Shown here piece after piece: positions 1 to 10,501 of a stretch of 64,000 bases of DNA (position 1 is the stretch's first letter; every line of letters begins with the position of its first letter). Location: contig CAVRBU010000020.1 of NCBI GenBank assembly GCA_963719315.1, positions 1 to 64,000 of the forward strand, read 5' to 3'. This stretch comes from an uncultured Planctomycetota bacterium (GTDB lineage Bacteria > Planctomycetota > Planctomycetia > Pirellulales > Lacipirellulaceae). The notes beneath the pieces were generated by a model, which saw only the letters and a list, made by a program, of their open reading frames with translations, made no database searches and was not told where the DNA came from. A program made the position numbers and the translations under genes.

Positions 1-531
1 AATCCATCATCTTCGGCAGTGAAAAACTCAGCCGCTTTTACGATGCTATTGGCTTCGCTGCTACTCGCCGGGTCGAGATCAATGTCGCCCATCACGGCGA
101 ACGCGGCGTCGATGTATTCCTGCGGCGTGTACCACTCCATGTCGCCGGAGTTGTGGGCGACGTGCGGCTTGTTGATGAACAGTTCGGCAGCCCGTTCGTG
201 AACTTCATCACGACCAGACCGGATGCGTTCTACGCCGCGCTCGAGCTGCACTTGCTGCGCAGGCCTCGTCGATGTAGCTGCGGAGTTGTCGTTCGGTGGG
301 AACATCCGAGTTAGGGACCGTGGTCCCTAACTTATTTAATACGTCGCCGTAGTCGAGCAGCCGCCCGATGTATCGGCGGTCGAGTCCGAGCTGTGCCGAA
401 ACGTCATCTTGCGTTGCGCCATCGTTGACTAACTGGCGGATGAAATTCGCACGCTCTTGGTCGTGCCGCTCCAGCATTTCCGACCAGCGTTGTTTGACCT
501 CGAGCCAGTATGCAGTTGCGGTTGCGGTCAT
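1..531 (-). CDS. Phage-type DNA N6-adenine methyltransferase with N-terminal HTH-like region; frameshift near 255-265; runs off the window
   Basis: ORF 208..531 shifts into a frame reading [70 protein letters not shown] and IDLDPAS are typical of phage Dam-like MTases. Confidence 0.7.
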
Positions 532-546
532 CGGCTTACCCTCCGC

Positions 547-792
547 CTAGACGCCGAGTTGCTCTAGCTTGGCTTCCGCCTTGAAATGCTCACTGGCGGG
601 AGTAGTGGCCGCGGTCACGGCCTGCGTGAACTCTTCAATCCACGCGTCCGTAGTGAGTCGCTTTCCACCGAAGCGGACGGAACGCAACTTCACGCCATTG
701 CAGCCTTGCTGCATCCAACGGCGGACAGAGTTGCGATGAGGGCGGCCGGGGAGACGTTGGGCGGCTTCTACAATCGAGCGATATTGCGGCAT
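547..792 (-). CDS. DUF1580-family small HTH protein (excisionase-like)
   Basis: RPHRNSVRRWMQQGCNGVKLRSVRFGGKRLTT pattern; ATG at 792 preceded by GGAG; next to an integrase. Confidence 0.7.
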   Translation of the reverse strand: MPQYRSIVEAAQRLPGRPHRNSVRRWMQQGCNGVKLRSVRFGGKRLTTDAWIEEFTQAVTAATTPASEHFKAEAKLEQLGV

Positions 793-829
793 GATTACTC
801 CAAAACTTCTTGGAGTCGCCGCAGTCAAC

Positions 830-897
830 AAAAAAGAAAGCGGCGACGTACCGGCAGCTCGTTCCCAAAAATGGAACGTCTGCCGATACGTCGCCGC
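830..897 (-). terminator. Probable intrinsic terminator
   Basis: Long stem GCGGCGACGTACCGGCAG...CTGCCGATACGTCGCCGC followed on the minus strand by TTTCTTTTTT. Confidence 0.55.
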
Positions 898-1165
898 CGC
901 ACTAAATCGCGGTACTGCTGTTGCTAGTGCAACGCGGTAACCGGTACATACCTGGGTGGATACGCGTTTCGGTGATCGTATCGAAGGCTAATCCCCCGTA
1001 GGATTCCACAGCCACAAGCCGTCTTTCTTGGGCCCCCATTCGTCCTGAACGGGTGATGACCTACTGCTGTCCGAGGGGGTCGAGTCGGCTTTCCGTACAT
1101 CCTGCACGGCCCTCACCGACCAGGCCTATCACGGACAATATACGCCCATACACTACCGCTGTCAA

Positions 1166-2261
1166 CTATCCAATTTGCAATGCCGCCTCGCGGGCCTTTT
1201 GTTGATTGACCTCCGCGTAAATCTGCGTCACGTCGGCCCGGGCATGGCCGAGACAACTTTGGGCGAAGTCCAGTCCAAACTTTTCACGTATCGCAGTGGC
1301 AGCCGTATGCCGTATCCGATTTGGGGCCCAGCAGTGTTTCTTCCGCCACGCTCGCGCCTTGGCCGCATCTTCGGCGATTTCCATTGGCACTGGGAAGGCG
1401 CGATCGCAGCCACGCGCGATCGCGCGGCGGAAGCTGGCCGTCGTATATCTAAAACATGGCTCCCGAAATAGATACTTACTCAGGATCGCTTGGGCACGGG
1501 GGCCGATGGCAATGGTCCGCTGCTTGCCGTGCCGCCGCGTCTTGTGTCTAGGCGGGTTGAATATCCAGACCTCACTTTTGCGGTCGATGTGCTCCGCCGA
1601 AAGCTGGCACAATTCGCCGGCTCGCATCCCCGTCAATCGCATGATCCGCACCATGTCGGCCACGACGGGCGACAAGCGTTTCACGGTTGCATCAATAACC
1701 GCATCATCGACCGGCTTGATCGGGGCCGTCTCACGAACATTGAATTCGCCGAGCGCAGGGCTGGAACAGAGTCCAAAGCGTGCCTCGCCGCGGGCGGCAA
1801 GAGTTCCTCAGCAACGCCCCAGGCAATCATCCGCTTGATCCGTTGACATTGATCGCCGACATAACTGCGTGACCATCCTTTGTCGATCATGGCTCGCCGC
1901 ATGACCTGGTACGCCTTGGGCCCGAACTCGCGGGCCAGAATATCGCCGTGTGTCAGGCGGAGAATTTTGAGGGCCAATCGGATGTGGACCAGCTCGGATG
2001 CTTTCTCGCCGCCGTAGCGCTCGATGGCGTATTCGAGATACGCAACCATCAACATCGACACCGTGGGCGCCGTGGGGGCCGGCTCGGCGGCCTGCTTCTT
2101 GGCCGGCTCGTTGACGGCCTTCGTGTATCGCTCGTAACTTTCGGTCGAACCGTAGACGCCGAGCTGGACACGCTTCCCGGCGACGACCGTGTACGCCCGA
2201 TCGGGGCGGCCGGATTCCTTTTGGCGACAATAGCGGGGGGGCTTTACCTTTTGGTCGGCAT
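1166..2261 (-). CDS. Tyrosine recombinase/integrase (frameshifted)
   Basis: TGMRAGEL, HKT, IRHTAAT, LGHARADVTQIYA catalytic motifs; N-terminal part in ORF 1681..2325; GGAG plus ATG at 2261. Confidence 0.9.
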
Positions 2262-2382
2262 GGCAACTTCTCCAATTTGGGGAGAGGCTACCCAATGGGT
2301 AGCATCCCGTTGAAGCAAGCTGCACTACCGACCATCGGTAGGTCGCCTCGAAGGGCTAATCAGCAAAAGACTTAGGACACAA

Positions 2383-2456
2383 TGGGCGACACTGGACTCG
2401 AACCAGTGACCTCTGCGGTGTGAACACAGCGCTCTAACCAACTGAGCTAGTCGCCC
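2383..2456 (-). tRNA. tRNA-Val(CAC)
   Basis: GGGCGACTAGCTCAGTTGGTTAGAGCGCTGTGTTCACACCGCAGAGGTCACTGGTTCGAGTCCAGTGTCGCCCA; cloverleaf with CAC anticodon, CCA not encoded. Confidence 0.95.
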
Positions 2457-2688
2457 GGGGGGAAGCTGTTAGCGGTGAGCTATTAGCCAGATGCGTGGCG
2501 GCACGCAAATGGCTTAGGAAAGCGTAATGCGCTGATAGAAGCTTTGTCAACAAAGCATTGGTTGCATCGCGAAAGCGGCGATGCGTGGCGATCCTTGCAA
2601 GAGCGGTCGGCCTCGCTTGGGCGATGGAAAGCAATGCGAGTCGGGCTAATAGCTCACGGCCAATAGCTAATAGCTATCAATTCTCCCA

Positions 2689-2928
2689 TCACACTTTCGG
2701 CGGTTCGAAGCGAGGGCCGGCGGGTTCGTTTTGGTCGGTGTATCCGACGCGGGCCGTCGGTTCGGAATAGACCGACGTCTTGACCTCGTTTTCGAGGTCG
2801 CTCATGCCTTTCTTGAATTCGACAATGCTCTTGCCGAGCGAGCGGGCCACGGAGGGCAACCGGCCGCCAAACAGGATGACGGCAATAATGCCGAACACGA
2901 TCATTTCCGACGTACCGATACCAAACAT
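2689..2928 (-). CDS. tatA: Twin-arginine translocase TatA/E subunit
   Basis: MFGIGTSEMIVFGIIAVILFGGRLPSVARSLGKSIVEFKKGM. Confidence 0.9.
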   Translation of the reverse strand: MFGIGTSEMIVFGIIAVILFGGRLPSVARSLGKSIVEFKKGMSDLENEVKTSVYSEPTARVGYTDQNEPAGPRFEPPKV

Positions 2929-3000
2929 TGCAATTCTTCTCCTGTCGACCGTTGTCGCCCGTTGACGATTCCACGCAACCGAAGCGGACCACTCGGCCAA

Positions 3001-3237
3001 CTACTCCGACTTTTCATCGTCGGACGGATTCTCGAGCTCCTTGATGCCCTTCTTGAACTCTATGATACTCTGCCCCAAGGACTTGGCCACGGAGGGTAAT
3101 CGGCTGCTGAACAACAGCAGCACGATAAACAGAAGTATGAGCAACTTCCAAATACGGATGCCTGCCAGGAAAGGTTTGCGAGCGGCTGGGAAAAAATCGG
3201 GCCAGCACGTGTTCCGGCCCGACCCGCACGTCCACAC
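3001..3237 (-). CDS. tatA: Second TatA/E paralog (start uncertain)
   Basis: LLILLFIVLLLFSSRLPSVAKSLGQSIIEFKKGIKE. Confidence 0.8.
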   Translation of the reverse strand: MWTCGSGRNTCWPDFFPAARKPFLAGIRIWKLLILLFIVLLLFSSRLPSVAKSLGQSIIEFKKGIKELENPSDDEKSE

Positions 3238-3436
3238 TCAATTCTACAAGCTGGGCGGTGGCCGTCAAACGCACGAAATAGGCCCGGCAAAGCAACAATA
3301 ACCGTGTGGAGATCGGCATTGAAACGGGACCCACCTGGGGTGCGGAATCGGCATTGAAAAGGGACCCACCGCAGCGGACTTCGTAAGCTGGATTCCCGGT
3401 TTTTAAACTGGGGAATTCAGCGAAGCGGAGTCAAGG

Positions 3437-5142
3437 ATGCTGAAGGTGGAGGATTACGGCAGGATACGTCGTGCTCATCGCGATGGCATGAGCATTCGGG
3501 AGATCGCCCGGACGTTTGGGCATTCGCGACGAAAGATCCGCGAGGCACTGGCGCAGGCAGAGCCGCGGCCTTACACGCTGTCGCTACCGCGACCGCGGCG
3601 GGTGCTGACCGATGTGCACCAGCAATGGATCGGCGCGATTCTCGTCGAAGATGAGCAGGCGCCTCGCAAGCAACGTCACACAGGAGCGCAACTCTTTCGG
3701 CGGCTGCGGGACGAAGAGCAGTACGTCGGCAGCTACGACCAGGTGCGAAGGTACGTGGCCGCGACGCGGGGGCGGCAGCGCGAAACGTTTCTCCCTTTGT
3801 CGTACGAGCCAGGCCAACGGGCCGAGAGCGACTTCGGTAAGATCTGGGTCGACTTCCCGGAAGGCAGGCACAGGTTCCGATCCTGCTGGTGACGTGGGCC
3901 TACTCAAACGCCACCTTTATGATTGGCGCTGCCGAGCGAAAAGACCGAGGCGATCCTGCATGGCACGGTGGCGGCGTTTGCGTTTTTTCGTTGCGTGCCC
4001 AAAGAACTGTGGTGGGATAATCCAAGAACCGTTGCGACCACGATTCTGCGTGGCCGCCAACGGGAGTTGAAGCCAGCGCTGGCAGGCGCTGGCCAGTCAC
4101 TACAACTTCGAGCCGTTGTTCTGCCTGCCGGCTCGCGGTAACGAAAAGCCGCACGTCGAGAACCGGGTGAAGCTGTTGGAGCGCAGTGGGCGACGCCGGT
4201 CCCTCAAGTGAAGGATCTGACAGAGCTAAATGCCTACCTGCTTCAATGCTGCGAGCGGGATGCTCGGCGGACGATTGCGGGCCACAGCGAAACGATCGGC
4301 GCAGCTTCGCGACAGAGCAGATTCGCGCCTTGCCGCTGCCCGAGCACCGTTTGAAGCCGCCGTGAGCGAGGTCCGTCAAGTCGACAAGTACCAGACGGTC
4401 GCCTGGGAGAAGAATCGCTACAGCGTGCCGCGGCGGCATGCGTTCGCCACGGTCACGGTAAAAGCCACTATCGATCGCATCGAAGTCATCCGCGACGGCC
4501 AGCGGATTGCCCGGCACGAGCGCTCCTACGGACAGGGCGAGCAAGTGCTCGATCCGCTGCACTACCTGTCCACTCTGGGAGTGAAGCCAGCCTATTTGGA
4601 TCACACTCAACGTCTACCGCAATTGGCGTCTGCCGGCGGCGTTTACCCAGTTGCGCGAACATTTTGAAACACGCCACGGATCGTTGCCGGGCGATGGGCA
4701 ATTCATCCGCGTGCTGCAGCTGTTGGCAGAGCACCCGCTGACTCGGGTTGAGCAGGCCATCCAGGCCTGCCGCGGCGACGGCGTCGTCACGGCCGAGCGG
4801 ATTGCTGGGCTCTGCGAGCGACTGGCGCTGCGCTCCACCCGCGGCGAAGCGAACCTAATCGGGCAGCTGCGATCGATTCCTGCGGTGCAAGTCCCGCTGC
4901 CGGACTTGCGCCGCTTTGACTCGTTACTCTCTCACGGAGGAGAAGATCATGGCCCAGAAAGAAACGCCCCTGTTACTGCGTTCGAACCTCAAGGCGCTAC
5001 GCCTGCCGACGATGCTGGCCGAGTATGGCAAGCTCGCCGGGGAAGCGACCAACAGCAACCAGGACTACCTCGACTATCTGTTGCGCCTGACGGAGTTGGA
5101 GTTAGCCACACGCAGTGCCAATGCTCTGCAGGCGCACATTAA
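3437..5142 (+). CDS. istA: IS21 transposase IstA (several frameshifts, end approximate)
   Basis: N-terminal HTH GMSIREIARTFGHSR, PGQRAESDFG, WWDN, EKPHVE, NRYSVP spread across frames. Confidence 0.85.
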
Positions 5143-5719
5143 ACAGGCTGGCTTCCCGGTGCAGAAGGACCTCGATGCATTCGACTTTAGCGCGGCGCCC
5201 GGCCTCTCGAAGCCCAAGATCCTGGAACTGGCCCGCTGCGGCTGGATTGATCAGCGTCAGAACTGCTGCCTGTTGGGTAGTTCGGGAACTGGAAAAACGC
5301 ATCTGGCCATCGCCTTGGGCCTGGCCGCCTGCCGACTGGGCAAGCGAGTCCGCTTCTTTACCGCTGCCACACTGGTCAATCGCTTGGAAGAGACGCAGAA
5401 GCAGTACCAGCTCGAGCGATTGTTGAAGCAGCTCGACAAGCTCGATCTGCTTGTCTGCGACGAGCTCGGTTATCTCTCGTTCAATCGCAGCGGAGCGGAA
5501 CTGCTGTTCCAGGTATTCGCCGATCGCTACGAGCGATCCAGCCTGTTGATCACCAGCAACTTGCCGTTCAGCGAATGGCAGCAGGTGTTTCAGGGAGAAC
5601 GGATGACAGCTGCTCTCTTGGACCGGCTGACGCACCACTGCGAAATCTTTGAGATGAACGGTGAAAGCTACCGCTTCCGGGAGTCGATGAAACAAAAGCG
5701 AACCACCAAGGGCAAGTAG
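4949..5719 (+). CDS. istB: IS21 helper ATPase IstB
   Basis: GSSGTGKTH Walker A, LLVCDELGY Walker B, ITSNLPF, LLDRLTHH. Confidence 0.95.
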   Translation: MAQKETPLLLRSNLKALRLPTMLAEYGKLAGEATNSNQDYLDYLLRLTELELATRSANALQAHIKQAGFPVQKDLDAFDFSAAPGLSKPKILELARCGWIDQRQNCCLLGSSGTGKTHLAIALGLAACRLGKRVRFFTAATLVNRLEETQKQYQLERLLKQLDKLDLLVCDELGYLSFNRSGAELLFQVFADRYERSSLLITSNLPFSEWQQVFQGERMTAALLDRLTHHCEIFEMNGESYRFRESMKQKRTTKGK

Positions 5720-5911
5720 CTTTCGGGCGACCCGTCGGCAAAACGTTCGCAAATCGCGCACAACAAAATGGAGAGTTTACTCTAACCCATTAAGTGAACT
5801 AACGGAGGCGGCCGCGCGAGACCTTCGAAGGGTCTCGCGGGCCGCTCCCCAACTAACCAGGTGGGCCCAGATTCAACGCCCAGGTGGGTCCCATTTCAAT
5901 GCCGATCTCCA

Positions 5912-5989
5912 ACCGTGGGGCTAGCCACCCAGAGGGTACCCGGCGGCTGATCTGCTCAACCCCAATGATAAGCTTTGACGAAGCACTAG
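5912..5989. repeat. Partial CTAG-ended MITE/REP element (family of 27146-27279)
   Basis: ACCGTGGGGCTAGC...CGGCTGATCTGCTCAACCCCAAT...TTGACGAAGCACTAG matches the reverse complement of the left end of the 27146 element. Confidence 0.7.
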
Positions 5990-6375
5990 CGCCAGTACAT
6001 CACGTAGCCGGGACGGACATAGGGGTACCAGGAATAGGGTTTGCCGCCGGGCATCTCCCAGACGGGGCCGTACCGCCCCATGAAGGGTGTCGTGGAGCCC
6101 TGTGGCCGGCTGTTGGACATGCCGTACCACGCCATCGAGGCCATCCGATCCATTCGCTGTTGAGCGCGGACTTGGGCCTTCTGTTGCACGATCGCGAGCG
6201 TATCGGGTTTCGGCGATTGTTCGCGGTACCAGCTTTGTTCATGGCGGCTATCGTCGGTGGTCGTCGTGGTGGTGTCGCTCATGAAGCCGCCGGCTGCGAG
6301 GCACGAGCCGGAGCTGACCGCCAAACCGATGCCGACCAGAATTGCGCGGAATGAAATCCCAAGCTTGCGTGGCAT
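5986..6375 (-). CDS. Secreted hypothetical protein
   Basis: Signal-peptide-like N-terminus; coherent 129 aa ORF. Confidence 0.6.
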   Translation of the reverse strand: MPRKLGISFRAILVGIGLAVSSGSCLAAGGFMSDTTTTTTDDSRHEQSWYREQSPKPDTLAIVQQKAQVRAQQRMDRMASMAWYGMSNSRPQGSTTPFMGRYGPVWEMPGGKPYSWYPYVRPGYVMYWR

Positions 6376-6441
6376 GGCCGTCGCCTCTCATCCTAGAGCT
6401 GAAATCGGAGCGGGGGCTTTGCCCACAAAGTCTTGGTAAGT

Positions 6442-6538
6442 GTCTGCTGCCGGAAGGGACCTAGGAGAATTCACAAGGTAGCAAAGCAGGTTCAGATCCC
6501 GCTCGGCAAGCGGGACCTACTTTTTGGGCAAAGCCGTG
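6442..6538. repeat. GTAGGTCCC-type REP doublet
   Basis: Reverse-complement match to 34096-34195 and 50402-50486. Confidence 0.75.
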
Positions 6539-6673
6539 CGGGGTGTGGACACTCCGCTAGTGGGTTGCATCGGCTAGGGGCGGTGCGGCGGATGAGACAG
6601 ATGCCCGTGGCTTTCCTGACTGGCGAATGCAGCGTTGAAAGTTTGCCGATCGAACCGATTATTCGGCCAACGA

Positions 6674-7258
6674 TTACCGTGTGGCGCCGTCCACGCCAGC
6701 GCGGCGGCGGAGCTTGGCGCAGGCGCGACTCAACATCGGACCCACGCTGTTTTCAGGCATTCCGACGGTGTGGCTGATTTCTTGGTACGTTTTGCCTTCG
6801 AGATGATACATTCGCACGACCGTGGCCTCGGAGCCTTGAAGTTGGCCCAGCAGCCGCCCGACTTCTTCACGATCGCCGATTCGCGCTTCCGGTTCGTCGT
6901 CGTCCGTCTCGGCCCGGGCAACCATATCGCCGAGCGGCACCGAGGTGTGGCCATCGACGAGCTTCCGCACCACGACACGGCGGGCAACGACTGTGAGATA
7001 CGTGGCCAGAGAACTTTTGCCGCGGAAGTGTCTCAGCACGGCCATGTCGTTATCGACGATGGCCAGAAAGACTTCGGCCGCGAGGTCTTCGCGATCGGCG
7101 GCGGAAAGATTGATCGACCGGCATTGGGCGGTGTGGTTAATGACATGCACCACGAGCCCCATGAAACGATCGATAAAATCCTCCCACGCACGCGGTTTGC
7201 GTGTGAGGCAACGATCCAGCAGACTGCGATCTATTTCCGACAGCGCCACAGGCACCAC
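6674..7258 (-). CDS. ECF sigma-70 factor
   Basis: AWEDFIDRF, EDLAAEVF, LATYL region 2; EGKTYQEIS...SVGPMLSRA region 4. Confidence 0.9.
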   Translation of the reverse strand: MVPVALSEIDRSLLDRCLTRKPRAWEDFIDRFMGLVVHVINHTAQCRSINLSAADREDLAAEVFLAIVDNDMAVLRHFRGKSSLATYLTVVARRVVVRKLVDGHTSVPLGDMVARAETDDDEPEARIGDREEVGRLLGQLQGSEATVVRMYHLEGKTYQEISHTVGMPENSVGPMLSRACAKLRRRAGVDGATR

Positions 7259-7732
7259 CTTTTGGCATCAGCGCACAGCGCGCAAAACACATTGCTCACA
7301 GCGCGTTCTTCAACAGACTCAGACATGGCCGAGAAGATTTGGTTCGATCGCGCACGAACATCTGGCCGCCAATTGCGAGCAAACCCCCTAACAACTCAAT
7401 TCTAGGTAGGAATTTCGGCCACAGCAAGGCGAACGTCGATGCAGGAGAAGGAGGGGCGAGAATAAGCCACAGGAATGCCTGGACGAAGCCGGTGGGCGGG
7501 GGGATAGTATTGCCGGCGGACCGCTTGACACTGTTTCACTGCAAAACTAGGATTTCCGAAGCGTGGCGGCCTTGTGCATCCAAGTGCTTTGGGTGCAATG
7601 ACTTGGCCCGTGAATGTCTGGCTTTCAAGCCGGACGCGGACAGGAAGGTCAGGCTGGAAAGCCTGGCGTACACCCCTTTGGGGGACGCCGCGAATTGTAC
7701 TTCTCAGGCTGCCTTTAGGAGGATTGGGACTC

Positions 7733-8011
7733 ATGACGCACGTCGTTTGCGAACCGTGCTTTGGCTGCAAGTACACCGATTGTGTGGTGGTGTGCCCGGT
7801 GGAGTGTTTCTACGAAGGCGAAAAGATTCTGTACATCCACGCGGACGAATGCATTGATTGCGAAGCCTGCGTGCCGGAATGCCCGGTCGAAGCCATCTTC
7901 CACGAAGACAACGTGCCGGAAGAGTGGAAGCCGTTCATCGAGTTGAATAAGGAAATGGCTCCACAGTGTCCGGTGATCACTGAGAAGAAAGAACCGCTGG
8001 TGGATACATAG
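7733..8011 (+). CDS. fdxA: Ferredoxin (FdxA type)
   Basis: [34 protein letters not shown]. Confidence 0.92.
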   Translation: MTHVVCEPCFGCKYTDCVVVCPVECFYEGEKILYIHADECIDCEACVPECPVEAIFHEDNVPEEWKPFIELNKEMAPQCPVITEKKEPLVDT

Positions 8012-8094
8012 CGGAGGCGTCGGTTGTTCGTGGTTAGTTGTCCGTTGCATTTGATGGGCAACGGACCACGGACTAGTCGGCTACGGACAGCAAG

Positions 8095-8729
8095 CTACTT
8101 CAAATCCACCGACCAGTAGGCGTTGTCGAGGAACGTCTTCCAACTGGCGTACTTCGGATTGCCGAGCTTGATCGACAAGAGCGGGCTGCGCTTGGGCGCA
8201 CGGGCTTTTTGAAGAGCTTGAGGCCGGCCTCTTGCGGCGTGCGGCCCCCTTTGCGGACGTTGCACCGCACGCACGCGCAGACCAGGTTTTCCCACGAAGT
8301 ATCGCCGCCGCGGCAAGTGGGTACGATATGGTCCAAGCTTAGTTCGCTCGTGGGGAATCGCTTGCCGCAGTATTGGCAGTGGTTGCCGTCGCGAGCAAAG
8401 ATGTTGCGGCGGTTCAGCCGTACTCGCTGTTTCGGCACACGGTCGTAATGCAGTAGCCGCAATACTCGCGGCACTTGAATTTCAAAGTGTACGCTTCGCA
8501 CCCAGTCTTGGTGCGGCTCTTTGAATTGCGAGCGAATCTCGCTGATCTCACGCCACGATTCGAAGTCGTAATTGGCCCACTGATCGCCTTCAATATGGAT
8601 TACTTCGGCCAGACGACCGAATAACAATCCAAAGGCGCGACGCACGTCCACCACGTGAATCGCCACGTATTGGCGATTGAGCAGTAAGACGCTGGAGTTC
8701 AAAGCTGCGGTGCTGGAGGCAGTAGGCAT
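8095..8729 (-). CDS. HNH endonuclease (C-terminal frameshift)
   Basis: RRNIFARDGNHCQYCG...SLDHIVP...WENLVCACVRCNVRKGGRTP. Confidence 0.9.
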
Positions 8730-9319
8730 AGGGCGTGGAACGCCTGCCGGGCTGCCAGGCAGGCCCTAGAATCGCACATGTAGGTGGCTCGTTTAAGCCA
8801 CGATCACTACAGCTTATTCTAATCTACACCACAGCAACATTCCAGCGGCATTTCTACCTCGCCTACTCTGCTTGCGCTCGTCCGGAGAATCCCGGCCCAT
8901 CGCGATCCGCTTCAGCGGGCTGGGGTGTGAAGGCATCGCTCACGCAAATTCATTCAATTTATTCCGATATTCCTCCCGGCGCCCGGCACCTTAAGAAGCC
9001 TTGCCATACAACCCACCGCGACCGGCACGATCGGTCGCCCAAGGGAGTGACCAGGAGGCATTCGCGAGTGAGATTATCGACCGCGCCGTTCGGGTGTGCA
9101 TCGTGCTGTCAAGTGGGAAGCGACGATGCAACTGGCGTACCGCTATCGTTCGCGTGAATCATCATATCGCGCACGCAACTAGCGTGGTTCCATTTCTGCC
9201 AGCGCAATTTCGAAAAAGTTCCCAATCTCACTTGCTCCCGGCGGCGCGTCCTCATTACGATGAACCTACGCGACCCGCCAATCGATTTCGACTTCGGATC
9301 AAGAAAGGATTGCCGCGAG

Positions 9320-9631
9320 ATGATTCGGTACATATGCGATTTTTGCCGATGTGAGATCGACCCGCAGCACGAATCGAGTTACGTGCTGCAGATGGAGTTG
9401 TACGCGGCGCCCGCAGCCGACGAAGAGCGGATCGACGAAGATCGCGACCACTTACAGGATTTTCACGAGGTTCTCGAACGTTTCGATGAGTTCGATGAAG
9501 ACGGCGCACTGTTGGGCAACGATACGTATCGCAAGAAGCGATTCGATTTGTGCCCCGCGTGTTGCAAGCGATTCTTGCAGGATCCTTTGGGTCGCCGCGC
9601 GGCCGAGCGATTCGAGCTGAGCAAGCCGTAG
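9320..9631 (+). CDS. Hypothetical protein with two CxxC motifs
   Basis: MIRYICDFC...FDLCPACC; AAAGGA upstream. Confidence 0.65.
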   Translation: MIRYICDFCRCEIDPQHESSYVLQMELYAAPAADEERIDEDRDHLQDFHEVLERFDEFDEDGALLGNDTYRKKRFDLCPACCKRFLQDPLGRRAAERFELSKP

Positions 9632-9638
9632 TGGCGGC

Positions 9639-9768
9639 TTAGCGCATTGTCAGAGCCAAGAATTGGGGTCAGGCAGATCAGCCGCAGGGCGCTAGCCCAC
9701 GGTTAAAGACAATAACCGTGGGCTAGCGCCCTGCGGCTGATCCGAAAAACAAGCGTTGACACAGCACC
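9639..9768. repeat. Degenerate copy of the CTAG-ended MITE
   Basis: AAGAATTGGGG...ATCAGCCGCAGGGCGCTAGCCCACGGTT...AACCGTGGGCTAGCGCCCTGCGGCTGAT, colinear with 27146-27279. Confidence 0.75.
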
Positions 9769-9847
9769 GGGCTGAAACGCGTCTGAACACTTACGAGTTC
9801 AGCTACTTGGAGTCGTCGTCCCACAGCGAGCCGTTGTCCAAGGCCTG

Positions 9848-10411
9848 GTGAGTGTCGTGAAAGCTTCGCCGCGGCGCTACTGGTACGATCATCGCGGCGC
9901 GGCAATCTGGATCGTTTGCTTGCTGTTCATTGCGTGGCGGGTATACGAGTCTTCTCAAGGTCCACCCGCGCCGGAACAGCTTGAGGAAGGCATTCACGAG
10001 GTCCGCCGCGTCGTCGACGGCGACACGCTGTTGATGGCCTCGGGCACGCGCGTGCGGTTGCAAGGCATCAACTGCCCCGAATCGGTGAAACCCGATTGGC
10101 CGGTTGAACCGTGGGGGCCTGAAGCGAGTCAGTTCACCAAAGAGTTCATTCACCGCGCGAACAACCGCGTGCGGCTTACGTTCGGCCTCGAGCGGAAAGA
10201 CCAGTACGACCGCACCTTGGCATTTGTTTGGAACGGCGACGCGTTGCTGAATGAGGAGCTCGTACGGGCCGGACTGGCACAAGCCCGGCTCGGTTACCGC
10301 TACAGCGGCGTCATGAAACGTCGTCTAGCGCAAGCCCAGGACGAAGCCCGCCAGGCGGGGCGGGGGATTTGGTCGAAACCGGAAGCAGTGCGGGCGATTT
10401 CGCCGGATTGA
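9848..10411 (+). CDS. Thermonuclease (SNase) family protein
   Basis: VVDGDT, VRLQGINCPE, DQYDRTLAFV, NEELVRAGLA, GRGIW. Confidence 0.9.
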   Translation: MSVVKASPRRYWYDHRGAAIWIVCLLFIAWRVYESSQGPPAPEQLEEGIHEVRRVVDGDTLLMASGTRVRLQGINCPESVKPDWPVEPWGPEASQFTKEFIHRANNRVRLTFGLERKDQYDRTLAFVWNGDALLNEELVRAGLAQARLGYRYSGVMKRRLAQAQDEARQAGRGIWSKPEAVRAISPD

Positions 10412-10501
10412 AAATTCGGTCCGAAGTCTGCTGCCCGTGGTCCGTTGCCAGAAACGTGGTACGATGAATGCCGCCGGCCACGGGCAACGGACAAAGGACC
10501 A

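Larger units (their letters stand above)
1..2400. mobile_element. Edge of an integrative element/prophage inserted at the tRNA-Val 3' end
   Basis: Integrase about 120 bp downstream of the tRNA 3' end, then DUF1580 and a phage-type MTase; the other att site is outside the window. Confidence 0.7.
3307..5911 (+). mobile_element. IS21-family insertion sequence
   Basis: TG...CA ends; IR TGGAGATCGGCATTGAAA(C/T)GGGACCCACC with internal repeat copies; TSD ACCGTG at 3301-3306 and 5912-5917; istA-istB. Confidence 0.95.

Noticed and set aside
2689..3237. Tandem tatA genes as a novelty
   Set aside because: Multiple tatA paralogs are common in bacteria
3312..3370. Two direct repeats of about 24 bp as a mini-CRISPR
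   Set aside because: They are the internal repeats of the IS21 left end; the spacer is too short and there are no cas genes
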